The notes: a model not told the origin generated them from the letters alone. Counted from the first letter of the stretch, positions 37,469 through 47,617 are shown. The stretch: DNA of 64,000 nt from Thermomicrobiales bacterium (GCA_050696075.1 JBOGUF010000018.1:232-64231); one strand, 5' to 3'. Numbers and translations are program-made.

Positions 37469-38851
37469 CTATAGGCTTTTGTCGAGCTCCCGCTGGACCT
37501 CTTCGGTAAGCTTGTCGAGAGCGGCCCGCGGTTCCTCCTGGAGCAGCATCACGCGGTCCATCATCGCGGTGAGGCGGTCGTTGTAGAACGCCGCGGCCGG
37601 CATGACCGGCGGCGAGCCAACCCGCCCGGCGCCGAGCAGCGCGTCGATGAACGTCTGGAATCCCGGATAATTGCTGACGACCTCCTGGAACGACGGGACT
37701 TCAAGGACCGACTTCGAGACCGGCACGTTGATCGGCCGGTCACCCCAGACGACTCGCCTGGCGTAGCCCTCCGGATCACCAACGCCGGCGGTGAATTGGA
37801 CGAACTCGGCCGCCGCCGCTGGGTCCTTCGATCCTTTCGGAACGATCTGGATATCGCCCCAGGTCCAGTTGGAGGGCACACCTTCGGCGCCAGCCAGGGG
37901 CGGCGGGACCACACCGTACTCAAGGCCTTCGTCCGCGAACTTCTTGATGTCGCCGAGCTTCCACGGACCCTGCGCCTGGATCGCGTACTTGCCGGCGATG
38001 AAGGGGTCGAGATTCTGCGCGCGTTCGCTCGCCAATCCTTCGTTGAAGGCCGCGACCTTCGTCGCATCGTACTTTTCCGCGTAGGATCGATGCCAGGTCA
38101 GCGCCTCGACGAGCTTCGGGTCGTTCGCGGTGACCTGCCTGGCGTCTTCGTCATAGAAGCCGCCGCCGAAGACGGTGCCCCAGAGCCAGAATTGATCAGA
38201 CGCCGGTAGGAAGCCCATGCGCCCGATGTTGCCGTTGTCCTGACGGACCGTGAGTTGGTCGGCCAGCGCGTCGAGATCGGCGATGGTGGCCGGACCCGTC
38301 TCAGGATCGAGTTCGGCCTCGGCAAACAGCGTCTTGTTGTAGAGAAGCGAGTAGCAGCCGGCCCAATAAGAGAGGCCATAGATCTGGCCGTTGTACTGGC
38401 CCAGCTTGAGGATGTTCGGGTCAACCCAGGACTGGGTCGCCGCGAGGTCGATCAAGTCGTTAATCGGTACAATCGCCTCCTGGTCGGCCAAGGTCGGGAT
38501 CGCGGTCGAGCCGAAGAGGGTCACGATGTCGGGCGGATTGCCGGAGGCGATGGCCGCGGTGAGTTTCGGCAGGAACTGGTCCCACGGCACGACCGTCGGT
38601 TCAATGTGAATGCGGCTCTGCTTCTCGTGGAACATATCGACGACGAATTGGACCATCTCCTCCCACTGTTCGGTCCAGCCGTGCCAGTAGGTGAGTTTGA
38701 TCTCTTCACCCTGAATTGCGGGGACGGCGAGTGCGCTCCGGATACCGGCCGCGGCGGTCACCGTTGCGGCCGCGCCGCCGGTGGCGGCGCGCAGGAACCG
38801 CCGCCGAGAGAGCGGGGGCAGGTGGTTTATCGGGCTCTTCAGCGATGCCAT
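37469..38851 (-). CDS. ABC transporter solute-binding protein (carbohydrate type)
   Basis: The 460-aa ORF has a Tat signal (SRRRFLRAATGGAAATVTAAAG). It heads a binding-protein plus two-permease operon on the minus strand. Confidence 0.85.
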   Translation of the reverse strand: MASLKSPINHLPPLSRRRFLRAATGGAAATVTAAAGIRSALAVPAIQGEEIKLTYWHGWTEQWEEMVQFVVDMFHEKQSRIHIEPTVVPWDQFLPKLTAAIASGNPPDIVTLFGSTAIPTLADQEAIVPINDLIDLAATQSWVDPNILKLGQYNGQIYGLSYWAGCYSLLYNKTLFAEAELDPETGPATIADLDALADQLTVRQDNGNIGRMGFLPASDQFWLWGTVFGGGFYDEDARQVTANDPKLVEALTWHRSYAEKYDATKVAAFNEGLASERAQNLDPFIAGKYAIQAQGPWKLGDIKKFADEGLEYGVVPPPLAGAEGVPSNWTWGDIQIVPKGSKDPAAAAEFVQFTAGVGDPEGYARRVVWGDRPINVPVSKSVLEVPSFQEVVSNYPGFQTFIDALLGAGRVGSPPVMPAAAFYNDRLTAMMDRVMLLQEEPRAALDKLTEEVQRELDKSL

Positions 38852-39083
38852 CCGGGTTCTCCTCTCAGGTCAAATCGCCACGGAGCGTTGGTACACTCCC
38901 TCGGCAAGAACAGCCAAACGCAGCGTGCCGGCTTGCTCCCCTGATCAGGGACAAGCCGCGCGCACTGCAATCGTTTCGCGATGCATCATCGCGATGCGTC
39001 ACCTGTGCTTCCGTTGCGCCCTGGGTCCGGGGGGCTCGCCGCGCGTTGAGCCCACGCCGGGAGCGGGGCGTATCGAAGCCTCG

Positions 39084-40010
39084 TTAGCAGATGCGTCCTC
39101 GCTTGCCAGCAACCCCATGCCCGACCGGGTTCTCCCCGACCCAGCGTTCGTCGACCGGCTCGGACGCGAGTTGATACCGCGAGTCGGACGAGATCCGAAT
39201 CCGGTTCGACTGGTTATCCAGGCTCGCGTGCAGCGTGTAGATCGTAAAGGTCAGGAGGTCCCCAGCCTGGAACTCGGTGGTAAGCCAGCGCACCCCGAGC
39301 TGGCGGCGCAGCTCGAACGGATCGTCCGAGAGCGCTCCGCTCCACCACTTTTCGCCACGTTCATACAAGTCGGCGTCCGGGAAGTTCGCGCAGAAGCTAT
39401 CGACGTCCATTTGGCCGTAGTCGTTCTTGATCTCTTCGATCTTGTGGGACTTCTCAAGCACGATCAGGCCGCCGAGGTGGAAGTCGACGTCCCCCAGCGG
39501 CACCCAGGCGGTGAAGAGGTTGGTCGTGCCGCGGTTCATGAAGACGCTGTCGCCGTGCGGAGCGGTGCCCCGGCCGGGCGCGACCGCCCGCAACCAGGTG
39601 TAATCGAAGTGCCGCACTTCGCCGCCGAGGAAGCGCTCGTAGAATTCCATCATGCGTCCGGCATAGAGCACGCGATCGAGCGGCTCGTTGTTCTTGGCCA
39701 AGTCGGGCCGGAACTTGAACTCGATCCCGGTACGAACGACCACCTCCATGGGATCGGTGCCCGGATCGAGCCCGCCTTCCTCCTCCAGCCGTTTGACGAT
39801 TTCCCGCCGAGCGTCGAGGACGTGTTCTCGATCCAGGTAACCGGGGAGATAGAGGTAGCCGTCGTCCTCCATCCGCCGCCGCAGTTCCGCGACGTCGTCG
39901 ATTGCGTCGATTGAGCTCCGTAGTTCGCCGAAGGCCGCGGGCGAGGTATCCATCACGCGGCCGCTGGCAATCAGGTCCGGTAGTAACGTCGTTGCCATCT
40001 GGCGCTCCAA
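39084..40010 (-). CDS. phytanoyl-CoA dioxygenase (PhyH) family Fe(II)/2-oxoglutarate oxygenase
   Basis: The length and pattern fit PhyH (DDGYLYLPGYL..., HGDSVFM with an HxD-type iron triad, a late ...HASLDN histidine). The alternative start MATTLL is at 39998. The family call is by eye only. Confidence 0.65.
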   Translation of the reverse strand: MERQMATTLLPDLIASGRVMDTSPAAFGELRSSIDAIDDVAELRRRMEDDGYLYLPGYLDREHVLDARREIVKRLEEEGGLDPGTDPMEVVVRTGIEFKFRPDLAKNNEPLDRVLYAGRMMEFYERFLGGEVRHFDYTWLRAVAPGRGTAPHGDSVFMNRGTTNLFTAWVPLGDVDFHLGGLIVLEKSHKIEEIKNDYGQMDVDSFCANFPDADLYERGEKWWSGALSDDPFELRRQLGVRWLTTEFQAGDLLTFTIYTLHASLDNQSNRIRISSDSRYQLASEPVDERWVGENPVGHGVAGKRGRIC

Positions 40011-40077
40011 ACTCGAAGCCGCGTAGCCGTTTGTCGGGGCCGCGACTCAATGGTAAACTCCGCGCCACCCAGATCCG

Positions 40078-40974
40078 ATGATCAATTTGACCGGTTTCCT
40101 TGTGTTTTTTGGCATTCGAGTGAAGAACCTGCTAACGGATCGCCAGACCGCCTTACGGGCACAGCACGCGGTGCGATCGCCGCTGGGGAACATTTCACTC
40201 GCTGGGTTCAATCGCGACAGTGTCGGTATACCGCGACGGCCAATGCGCGTGCTCGGCAGCTATGCGATCGTCTATGTTGTGGACGGACAAGCACACTACG
40301 AAGATGCGAACGGCTTGACACTGATGCTCGAGGCGGGCGATCTCCTGGTTGTGTTTCCTGAGCTACCACATACCTACTTCCCGCCGGAGACAGCGCACTG
40401 GAGTGAGCTGTACTTTGTCTTCGACGGTCCTATCTTCGAATTGTGGCGCACCACCGGCCTGCTTCATCCCCATAAGCCCATCCTTCATCTGGAGCCAGTG
40501 GACCTGTGGCTCAATCGCTTTGAGTCCGTCCTCGGCGCTCCTCACCGGCCGGGATTCGCACCATCGCTGGTCGAGATTTCCCGCCTCCAACTTGTCTTAA
40601 GCGAGGCACTGCTCGCCGGGACACGAGGCGGCAAGCTTGATGAAGAGACGTCCTGGTTTAGCCGCGCATGTGGCCTACTCGAATCGGACATCGCGCAGGA
40701 GGTCGATCTACGCGACGTGGCGCGCGACCTCCACATGTCGTACGACGGGTTCCGCAAGCGCTTCCAACGCCTGGCCAACATGCCGCCGGCGAAATACCGC
40801 GGCATCCGGCTCATCGACCGTGCCTGTGAACTGATGCAGCGCGGCAACCTCACCGACCGCCAGATTGCCGAGCAGCTTGGCTTCTGCGACGAGTTCTATT
40901 TCTCGCGGCGGTTCAAACAGATCACTGGGCGGTCACCGCGGGAATGGCGTCAGCGATTGCCGCGATCGCGATAA
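40078..40974 (+). CDS. AraC family transcriptional regulator (cupin sensor + HTH)
   Basis: It has the C-terminal AraC HTH (LRDVARDLHMSYDGFRKRFQRL...IAEQLGFCDEFYFSRRFKQITGRSPREWR). It is divergent from the PhyH/ABC operon. Confidence 0.8.
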   Translation: MINLTGFLVFFGIRVKNLLTDRQTALRAQHAVRSPLGNISLAGFNRDSVGIPRRPMRVLGSYAIVYVVDGQAHYEDANGLTLMLEAGDLLVVFPELPHTYFPPETAHWSELYFVFDGPIFELWRTTGLLHPHKPILHLEPVDLWLNRFESVLGAPHRPGFAPSLVEISRLQLVLSEALLAGTRGGKLDEETSWFSRACGLLESDIAQEVDLRDVARDLHMSYDGFRKRFQRLANMPPAKYRGIRLIDRACELMQRGNLTDRQIAEQLGFCDEFYFSRRFKQITGRSPREWRQRLPRSR

Positions 40975-41016
40975 CGGACTCGCTATCGACGTGGACCTAT
41001 CCTGAAGAGCATCTTC

Positions 41017-42069
41017 TCAGTCACCGACTGCCTCGAAGAATGGCCGCGCACCGCACGAATGGCGGATCACGAGCTCGGTGGAGAAGACGACCTGCCGTTC
41101 GGCCGGTTCTTTGCCGGCCATGAGTTGGATCGCCATCTCACCGCAGCGGCGACCCATGGCGTACGCTGGCATGCGCACGGTGGTCAGCGAGGGCACGGTG
41201 AAGCGCGCCGTGGGAATGTCGTCGTGGCCGGTGACGGCGACGTCGTCGGGGATGCGCAACCCGCCTTCGGAGATCGCCGCCATGGCGCCAATGGCGATGG
41301 TGTCGTTACCGGCAACCAGGGCGGTCGGCCTCGGAGAGGCGGTCAATAGCGACGCCATCGCCTCGAATCCGCTGGCGGCGCTATAGTCGCCGTCGCGGAC
41401 CAGGCCGCCATCGTATGGGATGCCGGCTTCCTCGAGCGCCTGTCGGTAGCCAAGCAGGCGATAATCGGTCGCGGCGTCGTAGTTTGGCATGAAGTGGATG
41501 AAGGCGATGCGCCGGTGCCCGAGGCCGATCAGGTGCGCCGTGGTGCGATAGGTCGCTTCCGGGCTGATTTCCGGCATCACGGCATGGACCCCGGGATGCG
41601 GATATTTGCCGATGAGCACGAGCGGGTAGCCGGTTTCGATCAGGGTATGCAGATCGGCGTCGTCGTGGCGGGGGCTGAGGACGATCAGCCCGTCGATCTG
41701 CTTGGCGCGAACCAGACGCTCGTAGGCGCCGGGCTTATCGGGGTACTCGGCGGTTTCGAGGAGCAGTCGATAGCCATGTTCGCGACAGACATCGTGAAGG
41801 CTGTGGAGCAGTTGAGGAATGAAGACGTCCACGGGAATGAGCTTGGCATGGCTGACAATCAAACCGAGCGTGCAGGTCTTGCCGCTAGCGAGGGTGCGCG
41901 CGGCAGCATCCGGGATGTAGCCGAGGTCCCGCGCGGCGTCGAGCACGCGCTGCCGGGTCTGCTCGCTAATCTTCATGCTCGTGACGTCGTTCAGGACAAA
42001 GGAGACGGTCGTGCGCGACACGCTCGCCCGTTGCGCGACGTCGCGGCTGGTCACCCGCTTGTGACTCAC
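41017..42069 (-). CDS. LacI family transcriptional regulator
   Basis: It has the N-terminal HTH VTSRDVAQRASVSRTTVSFVLND followed by a periplasmic-binding-protein-like sugar-sensor domain. Confidence 0.9.
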   Translation of the reverse strand: MSHKRVTSRDVAQRASVSRTTVSFVLNDVTSMKISEQTRQRVLDAARDLGYIPDAAARTLASGKTCTLGLIVSHAKLIPVDVFIPQLLHSLHDVCREHGYRLLLETAEYPDKPGAYERLVRAKQIDGLIVLSPRHDDADLHTLIETGYPLVLIGKYPHPGVHAVMPEISPEATYRTTAHLIGLGHRRIAFIHFMPNYDAATDYRLLGYRQALEEAGIPYDGGLVRDGDYSAASGFEAMASLLTASPRPTALVAGNDTIAIGAMAAISEGGLRIPDDVAVTGHDDIPTARFTVPSLTTVRMPAYAMGRRCGEMAIQLMAGKEPAERQVVFSTELVIRHSCGARPFFEAVGD

Positions 42070-42291
42070 GTCGGATTCCTCTATCCTAAAAGAGTTAACA
42101 CGAGTTAGCGCCGAGTGTATGGCGTATGGGATGGCGCGTCAATGGGGCGCACGGACGCGGCGTGCTCGCCAAGGTCGCGCCACAACCGGAAATGGGCCAT
42201 CCTAACGCCGGCCGCACCAGCGACCGTGTGAAGACCGTGATGCGGAGTCCATCCGATTGTCCCTCGGCTCGTCCGAGCAGCGAGAGAGAGC

Positions 42292-43725
42292 ATGACGAAG
42301 ATTGCCTTCATCGGCGCGGGAAGCACTGTCTTCGCGCGCAACCTTCTGCGCGATCTCTTTACGTTTCCCGAGTTGCATGAAAGCTCCATCTCGCTGATGG
42401 ACATCGACCCGGAGCGTCTGCGGGATTCTGAGATCGTCGCGAACCGCGTGGCCGAGCAGGCGGGCGTGTCGCCGCGGATCGAGGCGACGACCGACCGGCG
42501 GTGCGCCTTGGACGGCGCGGACTACGTCATCAACATGATCCAGGTTGGCGGCTATAAGCCGTCGACCGTGATCGACTTCGAGATCCCGAAGCGGTACGGC
42601 TTGCGGCAGACGATCGGCGACACCCTCGGCATCGGCGGCGTGATGCGGGCGCTACGCACGATCCCGGTCATGCTCGAGATGGCGCGCGACATGGAGAATA
42701 ACTGCCCGGAAGCGCTCTTCCTCAACTACACGAACCCGATGGCGATGCTGACCTGGGTGATGACGCGGGCGACGCGGATCAGAACGGTCGGCCTCTGCCA
42801 CAGTGTCTTCGGCACGGCTCACGAGCTCGCCTCCGTGCTCGGTTTGCCGCACGAGGAGATCGACTACCTCTGCGCCGGCATCAACCATATGGCCTTTTAC
42901 CTGCGCTTCGAGCACGAGGGCCGCGACCTCTATCCCGACCTTATCCGGGTCGCGGCCGAGGGGCGGGAACCGGCGCACGAACGGGTGCGGTTCGACATGC
43001 TGCGGCGGCTCGGCTACTTCGTCACGGAGTCGAGCGAGCACTTCAGCGAGTACGTGCCGTGGTTCATCAAACGCGAGCGGCCGGACTTGATCGAACATTA
43101 CAACGTGCCACTGGACGAGTACCCCGCCCGCTGCGAGGAGCAGATCGCCGATTGGAGCGAGATGCGCGCGGCGTTGACGTCGTCCGATCCGAGCGAGATC
43201 GATCGCTACGAAGCGGGGCGGGCCGCGCGCCTGAGTGGGCTGGCCGAGCGACGGCTGGAGGCAACCCGCAAGTCCGACCCCGCGTTGGCCGAGCAGGTGC
43301 GCGCGGGAATGGTCAAGAAGCGCGAGAAGCGCTTCACCGGCCACTCGGGCGAATATGGGACGTTGATCATCCACAGCATGGAGACGGGCCAGCCGCGAGT
43401 CATCTACGGCAACGTATCGAACGAGGGATTGATCGAGAACCTACCGCGCGGCTGCTGCGTTGAAGTCCCCTGTCTGATCGACACGAACGGAGTGCAGCCA
43501 ACGCACATTGGCGCGCTGCCGCCACAACTCGCGGCGCTGATGCAGACCAATATCAACGTTCAGGCGTTGACGGTCGAGGCCGCATTGACCGGGAAACGGG
43601 AGCACGTCTACCATGCGGCAATGCTCGATCCGCACACCGCCGCCGAGCTTGATCTCAACCAGATTTGGTCGCTGGTCGACGAGTTGATCGAGGCCCACGG
43701 CGACTATTTGCCGGCGTATTCGTAG
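42292..43725 (+). CDS. glycoside hydrolase family 4 (NAD/Mn-dependent alpha-galactosidase/alpha-glucosidase-like)
   Basis: It has the N-terminal Rossmann segment MTKIAFIGAGSTVFARNLL, NYTNPMAM and VGLCHSV motifs. The size is 477 aa. Confidence 0.85.
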   Translation: MTKIAFIGAGSTVFARNLLRDLFTFPELHESSISLMDIDPERLRDSEIVANRVAEQAGVSPRIEATTDRRCALDGADYVINMIQVGGYKPSTVIDFEIPKRYGLRQTIGDTLGIGGVMRALRTIPVMLEMARDMENNCPEALFLNYTNPMAMLTWVMTRATRIRTVGLCHSVFGTAHELASVLGLPHEEIDYLCAGINHMAFYLRFEHEGRDLYPDLIRVAAEGREPAHERVRFDMLRRLGYFVTESSEHFSEYVPWFIKRERPDLIEHYNVPLDEYPARCEEQIADWSEMRAALTSSDPSEIDRYEAGRAARLSGLAERRLEATRKSDPALAEQVRAGMVKKREKRFTGHSGEYGTLIIHSMETGQPRVIYGNVSNEGLIENLPRGCCVEVPCLIDTNGVQPTHIGALPPQLAALMQTNINVQALTVEAALTGKREHVYHAAMLDPHTAAELDLNQIWSLVDELIEAHGDYLPAYS

Positions 43726-43752
43726 GCGACAGGCGACAGGTGACAGGACAGG
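43725..43752. repeat. tandem heptamers GGCGACA GGCGACA GGTGACA GGACAGG
   Basis: Read directly. The array overlaps the last base of the GH4 stop codon and ends 6 nt before the next start. Confidence 0.6.
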
Positions 43753-43758
43753 GAGCGG

Positions 43759-44673
43759 ATGGTAGACCTGGCCGATCAGTATCGGGGGTGCCTGCTCGGA
43801 TTGGCCTGCGCGGACGCCCTAGGCGGGCCGGTTGAGTTTCTGTCGCGCGCCGAGATTGCTCGCCTTCATCCGAATGGGCCGCGCGAGTTCACCGGCGGGG
43901 GGTGGCTGCATCTCGCGCCTGGCGAGATCACCGATGACACGCAAATGACGCTGGCGCTGGCTCAGAGCCTGGCAACGGGCGGTCCCCTCGACATGGCGGA
44001 CGTCGCAGCGCGCTTCATCGCATGGGCGGAAACCAAACCGAAAGACATCGGCACCACGACGCGGGCCGCAATCGATCTGCTCGCCCGCGGCGTCCCCTGG
44101 GACGAGGCAGGCGAACGGGTTCAGGCGGCGGCGTTGCCGCGCGGCGCGGCGGCGAACGGCTCGGTGATGCGTTGCGCGCCGGTCGCACTCCGCTTTCGCG
44201 GTGACTTGCCCGCGCTCGTGCAGGCGTCGATCGACACCAGCCGGGTGACGCACGCCGATCCGCGCTGCACATGGGGCACCGTCGCGGTCAACCAGGCGAT
44301 CGCTTTTCTCCTCGATGGCGGCAGCGTTCGGGATGCGATCGCGGCCGCGGTGGTCGACGTGCGGGAGTCGCGAGTCATCGAGGCGGTTTACACCGCGAGC
44401 CGGCGCGGGCGGGACGAGATCCGCTCCGGTGGATTTGTGCTCGATACGATCGTCGCCGCCTTTTGGTCGCTGTCGAGCAACGACAATTTCGAGGAGACGG
44501 TCGTCGCCTCCGTCGCGCTCGGCGACGACGCGGACACGACCGGCGCGGTTGCCGGCGCCCTGGCGGGGGCGCACTACGGGGCGTCCGCCATTCCCGATCG
44601 ATGGCTTGATTTGTTGCAGCCGCGCGCGGAACTGGAGGCGTTGGCTGATCGCCTGTTTGAGCTGAGCAAGTAG
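43759..44673 (+). CDS. ADP-ribosylglycohydrolase family protein
   Basis: It has the N-terminal YRGCLLGLACADALGGPVEF and the C-terminal GDDADTTGAVAGALAGAHYG. Confidence 0.85.
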   Translation: MVDLADQYRGCLLGLACADALGGPVEFLSRAEIARLHPNGPREFTGGGWLHLAPGEITDDTQMTLALAQSLATGGPLDMADVAARFIAWAETKPKDIGTTTRAAIDLLARGVPWDEAGERVQAAALPRGAAANGSVMRCAPVALRFRGDLPALVQASIDTSRVTHADPRCTWGTVAVNQAIAFLLDGGSVRDAIAAAVVDVRESRVIEAVYTASRRGRDEIRSGGFVLDTIVAAFWSLSSNDNFEETVVASVALGDDADTTGAVAGALAGAHYGASAIPDRWLDLLQPRAELEALADRLFELSK

Positions 44674-44709
44674 CATCGTTAGGGGCGGAGCCACACCCCT
44701 TCCGCGCGA

Positions 44710-45792
44710 TTACAACGCGGGTTCCGCCAGTTTCAGGTACCGGCGGACGCTGGCGCGGTTGCGGGGGTCGTCGGCGAGGCCGAGGATGGCGAGGAGGTCG
44801 TCTTCGTCGGCGCCCTCCTTGGCGCGCTCGACGGCGAAGGTGTGGCGAAGGACTTGGGGCGTCACCGCCTTTTGGATGCCGGCCGCGCGCCGCACGCGCT
44901 CGACCATGCCGTTGATCGCCTGAAACCCGAAGGGGAAGAGGAGGTCGATCGGCTGGCGACGGTCAAGGTAGTCGGCGTAAATGGCGGCAAACTCCCGGTT
45001 GGTCGCCAGCTTGCGTTCTTTTCCACGCTTGGTGACGTCGTCGTAGAAGACGTAGACGACCGGGTTTTCGTCCGCGGTGAGGTCAACGTGCTCGCGCCGC
45101 AGCGCCAGGAGCTCGCCCCGCGTCAAGCCGAGGCGCATCATCAGCCAGATCGCGGTCAGGCACCAGGCCTCGTCCTCGGCGGCGGCGTCCAGGAAGCGTT
45201 CCTGCTCGTCGGCGAAGAGGGGCACCGGGGATTTGAGTTGGATGTTGTGCGGGTAGAAGCCGTCGGTCGGGTCCTCACTCAGCACCCGGGCGTCTTCGAT
45301 CAGGAACTGAAAGAAGCGGCGGGCGGAGGTGAGGCGGCGCTTGCGTGTCGAGCGGTTGTTGGCCAGGCCGAGGAAGGTCGCGATATCCGACCGGCTCAGC
45401 CGGTTGATCGGCTTGGGACCGGTCTGTTCCTCGAGCTTCACCAGGTCGTAGGAATAGGACTCGATCGTGTTCGGCGGCCGGTTCGCCTGTTCGAGTTCAC
45501 GGCGGTACCAGGCCCGCGCCAGATCGAGGCGGCTGGTCGGCTGCAGCGGCGGCATCCCGCCGAGGAGTGGCTTGAGCTCGCCGGCCGGGCCCGGCGCGAA
45601 GAGCGGGAGCTGATCGGGAACGACGTCCGCCGCCGCGCGCTCCATCTGGAGCAGGCGTGAGTCGTCGGTGTAAGGCGCCTCGCGCTCTTCGGTGGTGAGC
45701 ACGTCGGTTCGCCGGCGGCGGCGCGTCGGCGGCGCGCCTTCTTCGAAGGCTTGCTGGTGGGCGTCGGAGGACGAAGAGCGGCGCGTCGGCAT
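44710..45792 (-). CDS. tyrosine-type site-specific recombinase/integrase
   Basis: The catalytic-domain pattern is LGLTRGELLALRREHVDL (Arg), VLRHTFAVE (H-x-x-R) and a terminal RRYLKL (Tyr). The N-terminal SAM-like core-binding region reads TIESYSYDL... Confidence 0.8.
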   Translation of the reverse strand: MPTRRSSSSDAHQQAFEEGAPPTRRRRRTDVLTTEEREAPYTDDSRLLQMERAAADVVPDQLPLFAPGPAGELKPLLGGMPPLQPTSRLDLARAWYRRELEQANRPPNTIESYSYDLVKLEEQTGPKPINRLSRSDIATFLGLANNRSTRKRRLTSARRFFQFLIEDARVLSEDPTDGFYPHNIQLKSPVPLFADEQERFLDAAAEDEAWCLTAIWLMMRLGLTRGELLALRREHVDLTADENPVVYVFYDDVTKRGKERKLATNREFAAIYADYLDRRQPIDLLFPFGFQAINGMVERVRRAAGIQKAVTPQVLRHTFAVERAKEGADEDDLLAILGLADDPRNRASVRRYLKLAEPAL

Positions 45793-45947
45793 CGCGGTTC
45801 CCTCCCCAGCCGCGCGGCATACGCCGGCGGTCCGTCCTGGCCAGCCTAGGCAGGCCGATGGGGCTTGTCAAGGTTCAGCGACCGTGGGCGAGGGCTTGGT
45901 AGACTCTGTTCCGCGGGGCTGATCAAACGCCGAAAGGAGCTTGCACA

Positions 45948-46379
45948 ATGGCGCCACGTCACGAGACGACACCCGTTCCAGACGAGCCGGTCTTTGCGCG
46001 GCCGGTGACCGAGCCAGCGACCGAGGACCTCGCGTTTCAGCCGGTCTGGGCACGAAAGGACGACTTGCCGACGTTCGCGCCCATCACCGGACTCTACATG
46101 CAGTCGATGACAGGCGGGCGGATCATGGTGAATTGGGTGACCATCGAGCCGAATCAGGCGGTGCCGCGCCATCAGCACCCGCACGAGCAAGCCGGCGTCA
46201 TGCTGGAGGGCACTCTGGCGCTGACGATTGGCGACGAGACGCGGACGCTGCGCCCCGGCGACGCGTACGCCATCCCGCCCGATTTGCCGCATAACGCCGT
46301 GGCCGGCGACGAGGGCTGCGTTGTCCTCGACATTTTCTCCCCGCCCCGCGACGACTACATCGCAATGGTCGATCAGTAG
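45948..46379 (+). CDS. cupin domain protein
   Basis: It has the cupin_2 pattern AVPRHQHPHEQAGVMLEG...LRPGDAYAIPPDLPHNA. Confidence 0.7.
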   Translation: MAPRHETTPVPDEPVFARPVTEPATEDLAFQPVWARKDDLPTFAPITGLYMQSMTGGRIMVNWVTIEPNQAVPRHQHPHEQAGVMLEGTLALTIGDETRTLRPGDAYAIPPDLPHNAVAGDEGCVVLDIFSPPRDDYIAMVDQ

Positions 46380-46404
46380 TTTGTGATCTGGCACACAAAC
46401 GGTA

Positions 46405-46433
46405 TTGACCGGTTAGGGATATGCTGATATCAT
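46405..46433 (+). promoter_or_regulatory. candidate promoter TTGACC-17 nt-TATCAT
   Basis: Read directly, 48 nt upstream of the ATG at 46481. Confidence 0.3.
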
Positions 46434-46480
46434 CATTGCCAGATCGCACGGTATCGATGGACGGTGGTTGAGGGCTCCCC

Positions 46481-47617
46481 ATGGGCGAGCTAGTGGTCGG
46501 AAAACCGGCGCTTCAAGTCAATTTCGTCGTTTCGTTGCCGCTCGATCTCGTGTCGGTGATGTCGCTCCTCTATCGCGCGGTGCCTGGGAGCGGGTTGGAC
46601 CCTTGGATGGTGACGGCGCGCCGCACGATGCCGGCGGAGTTGCGGGCCGATATCGATCTGCTCCACGGCTTCACCGGCCGAATGCTCTATTACATGGAAG
46701 AGCCGGCCATGCGGTTCGAGCCCTTGCGGCCCGATCGTGTGGACGCGGAAATGGGAGAGTTCCTTGGGTTTCTCGAGGAGTTGCCAGCAGACGAGTTCCG
46801 CGCGATGGCGGGCAACGCGCTAGAGCGCGTTCACCGCGATCTCGGCACTGGTCTGAAGGCGCCAGAGTTCGAGGATGACGCGGCGTGGCGGATGTTCCTC
46901 CAGCCCGGCCTGACCACGGCGCACATCGACGAGGTAGTCGAGCTGATCGGCGATCCGGCGGAGCTGAAGCGCCGCACGATCGCGCTGATCGACGGGATTT
47001 GGAGCGACGTCTACGCCGGGGAATTTGTGAAGCGGCGGCCGGCGCTCGAAGAAGCGGCGGCCCTGGCGACGCAGACCGGCGGTCGCGGGTTTGGGATGGC
47101 GTTCGCCGACCTGACCGGTAACCGGTTGCCGTCGACGCTGGTCTCGGGACTGAACGACGTCGAGCAGGTGGCGTTTTGCCCGGCCTATCACCTCGGCTCG
47201 TTCGTGAGTTACGTGCTTTATCCACCGGCGCTCGTGGTCTTCTTTGGCGCGCCGGAGTTGCTAGAGCGGTCCCAACCGCGGACCGGTGAGCTGAATGGGC
47301 GCCGGCCCGCCGAGCCGGTGCCACTGATCGACCCGATCAGCGGCACGGTCGCGACCGAGGAGTTGCTCGACGGCCTGCGGGCGCTGGGCGACGCGAACCG
47401 GTTGCGGATCGTCGATCTGCTGGCGGGGCGAGAGTTGTACGCACAGGAGATCGTCGGGCGGCTGGGGATCGCACAGTCCGCGGTATCACGGCACCTCTCG
47501 GTGTTGGAACGGGCAGGGATCGTGACGGTCCGGCCGCGCGGCGGTAGCAAGTATTACGCGGTCGAGTGTGGCCGCCTCAGTGCCTTGGCAGACGCCTTGC
47601 GAACACGAGGTCACTAG
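46481..47617 (+). CDS. ArsR/SmtB-type winged-helix regulator with a long N-terminal uncharacterised (DUF5937-like) domain
   Basis: It has the C-terminal HTH LRALGDANRLRIVDLLAGRELYAQEIVGRLGIAQSAVSRHLSVLERAGIV. About 280 aa of N-terminal domain have unknown function. Confidence 0.75.
   Translation: MGELVVGKPALQVNFVVSLPLDLVSVMSLLYRAVPGSGLDPWMVTARRTMPAELRADIDLLHGFTGRMLYYMEEPAMRFEPLRPDRVDAEMGEFLGFLEELPADEFRAMAGNALERVHRDLGTGLKAPEFEDDAAWRMFLQPGLTTAHIDEVVELIGDPAELKRRTIALIDGIWSDVYAGEFVKRRPALEEAAALATQTGGRGFGMAFADLTGNRLPSTLVSGLNDVEQVAFCPAYHLGSFVSYVLYPPALVVFFGAPELLERSQPRTGELNGRRPAEPVPLIDPISGTVATEELLDGLRALGDANRLRIVDLLAGRELYAQEIVGRLGIAQSAVSRHLSVLERAGIVTVRPRGGSKYYAVECGRLSALADALRTRGH

Noticed and set aside
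42092-42108. A LacI-type operator (TTAACACGAGTTAG, a 10/12 palindrome TAACACGAGTTA) between lacI and the GH4 gene.
   Set aside because: The palindrome is imperfect, lacks the usual central CG symmetry and occurs only once. It is too weak to call by eye.
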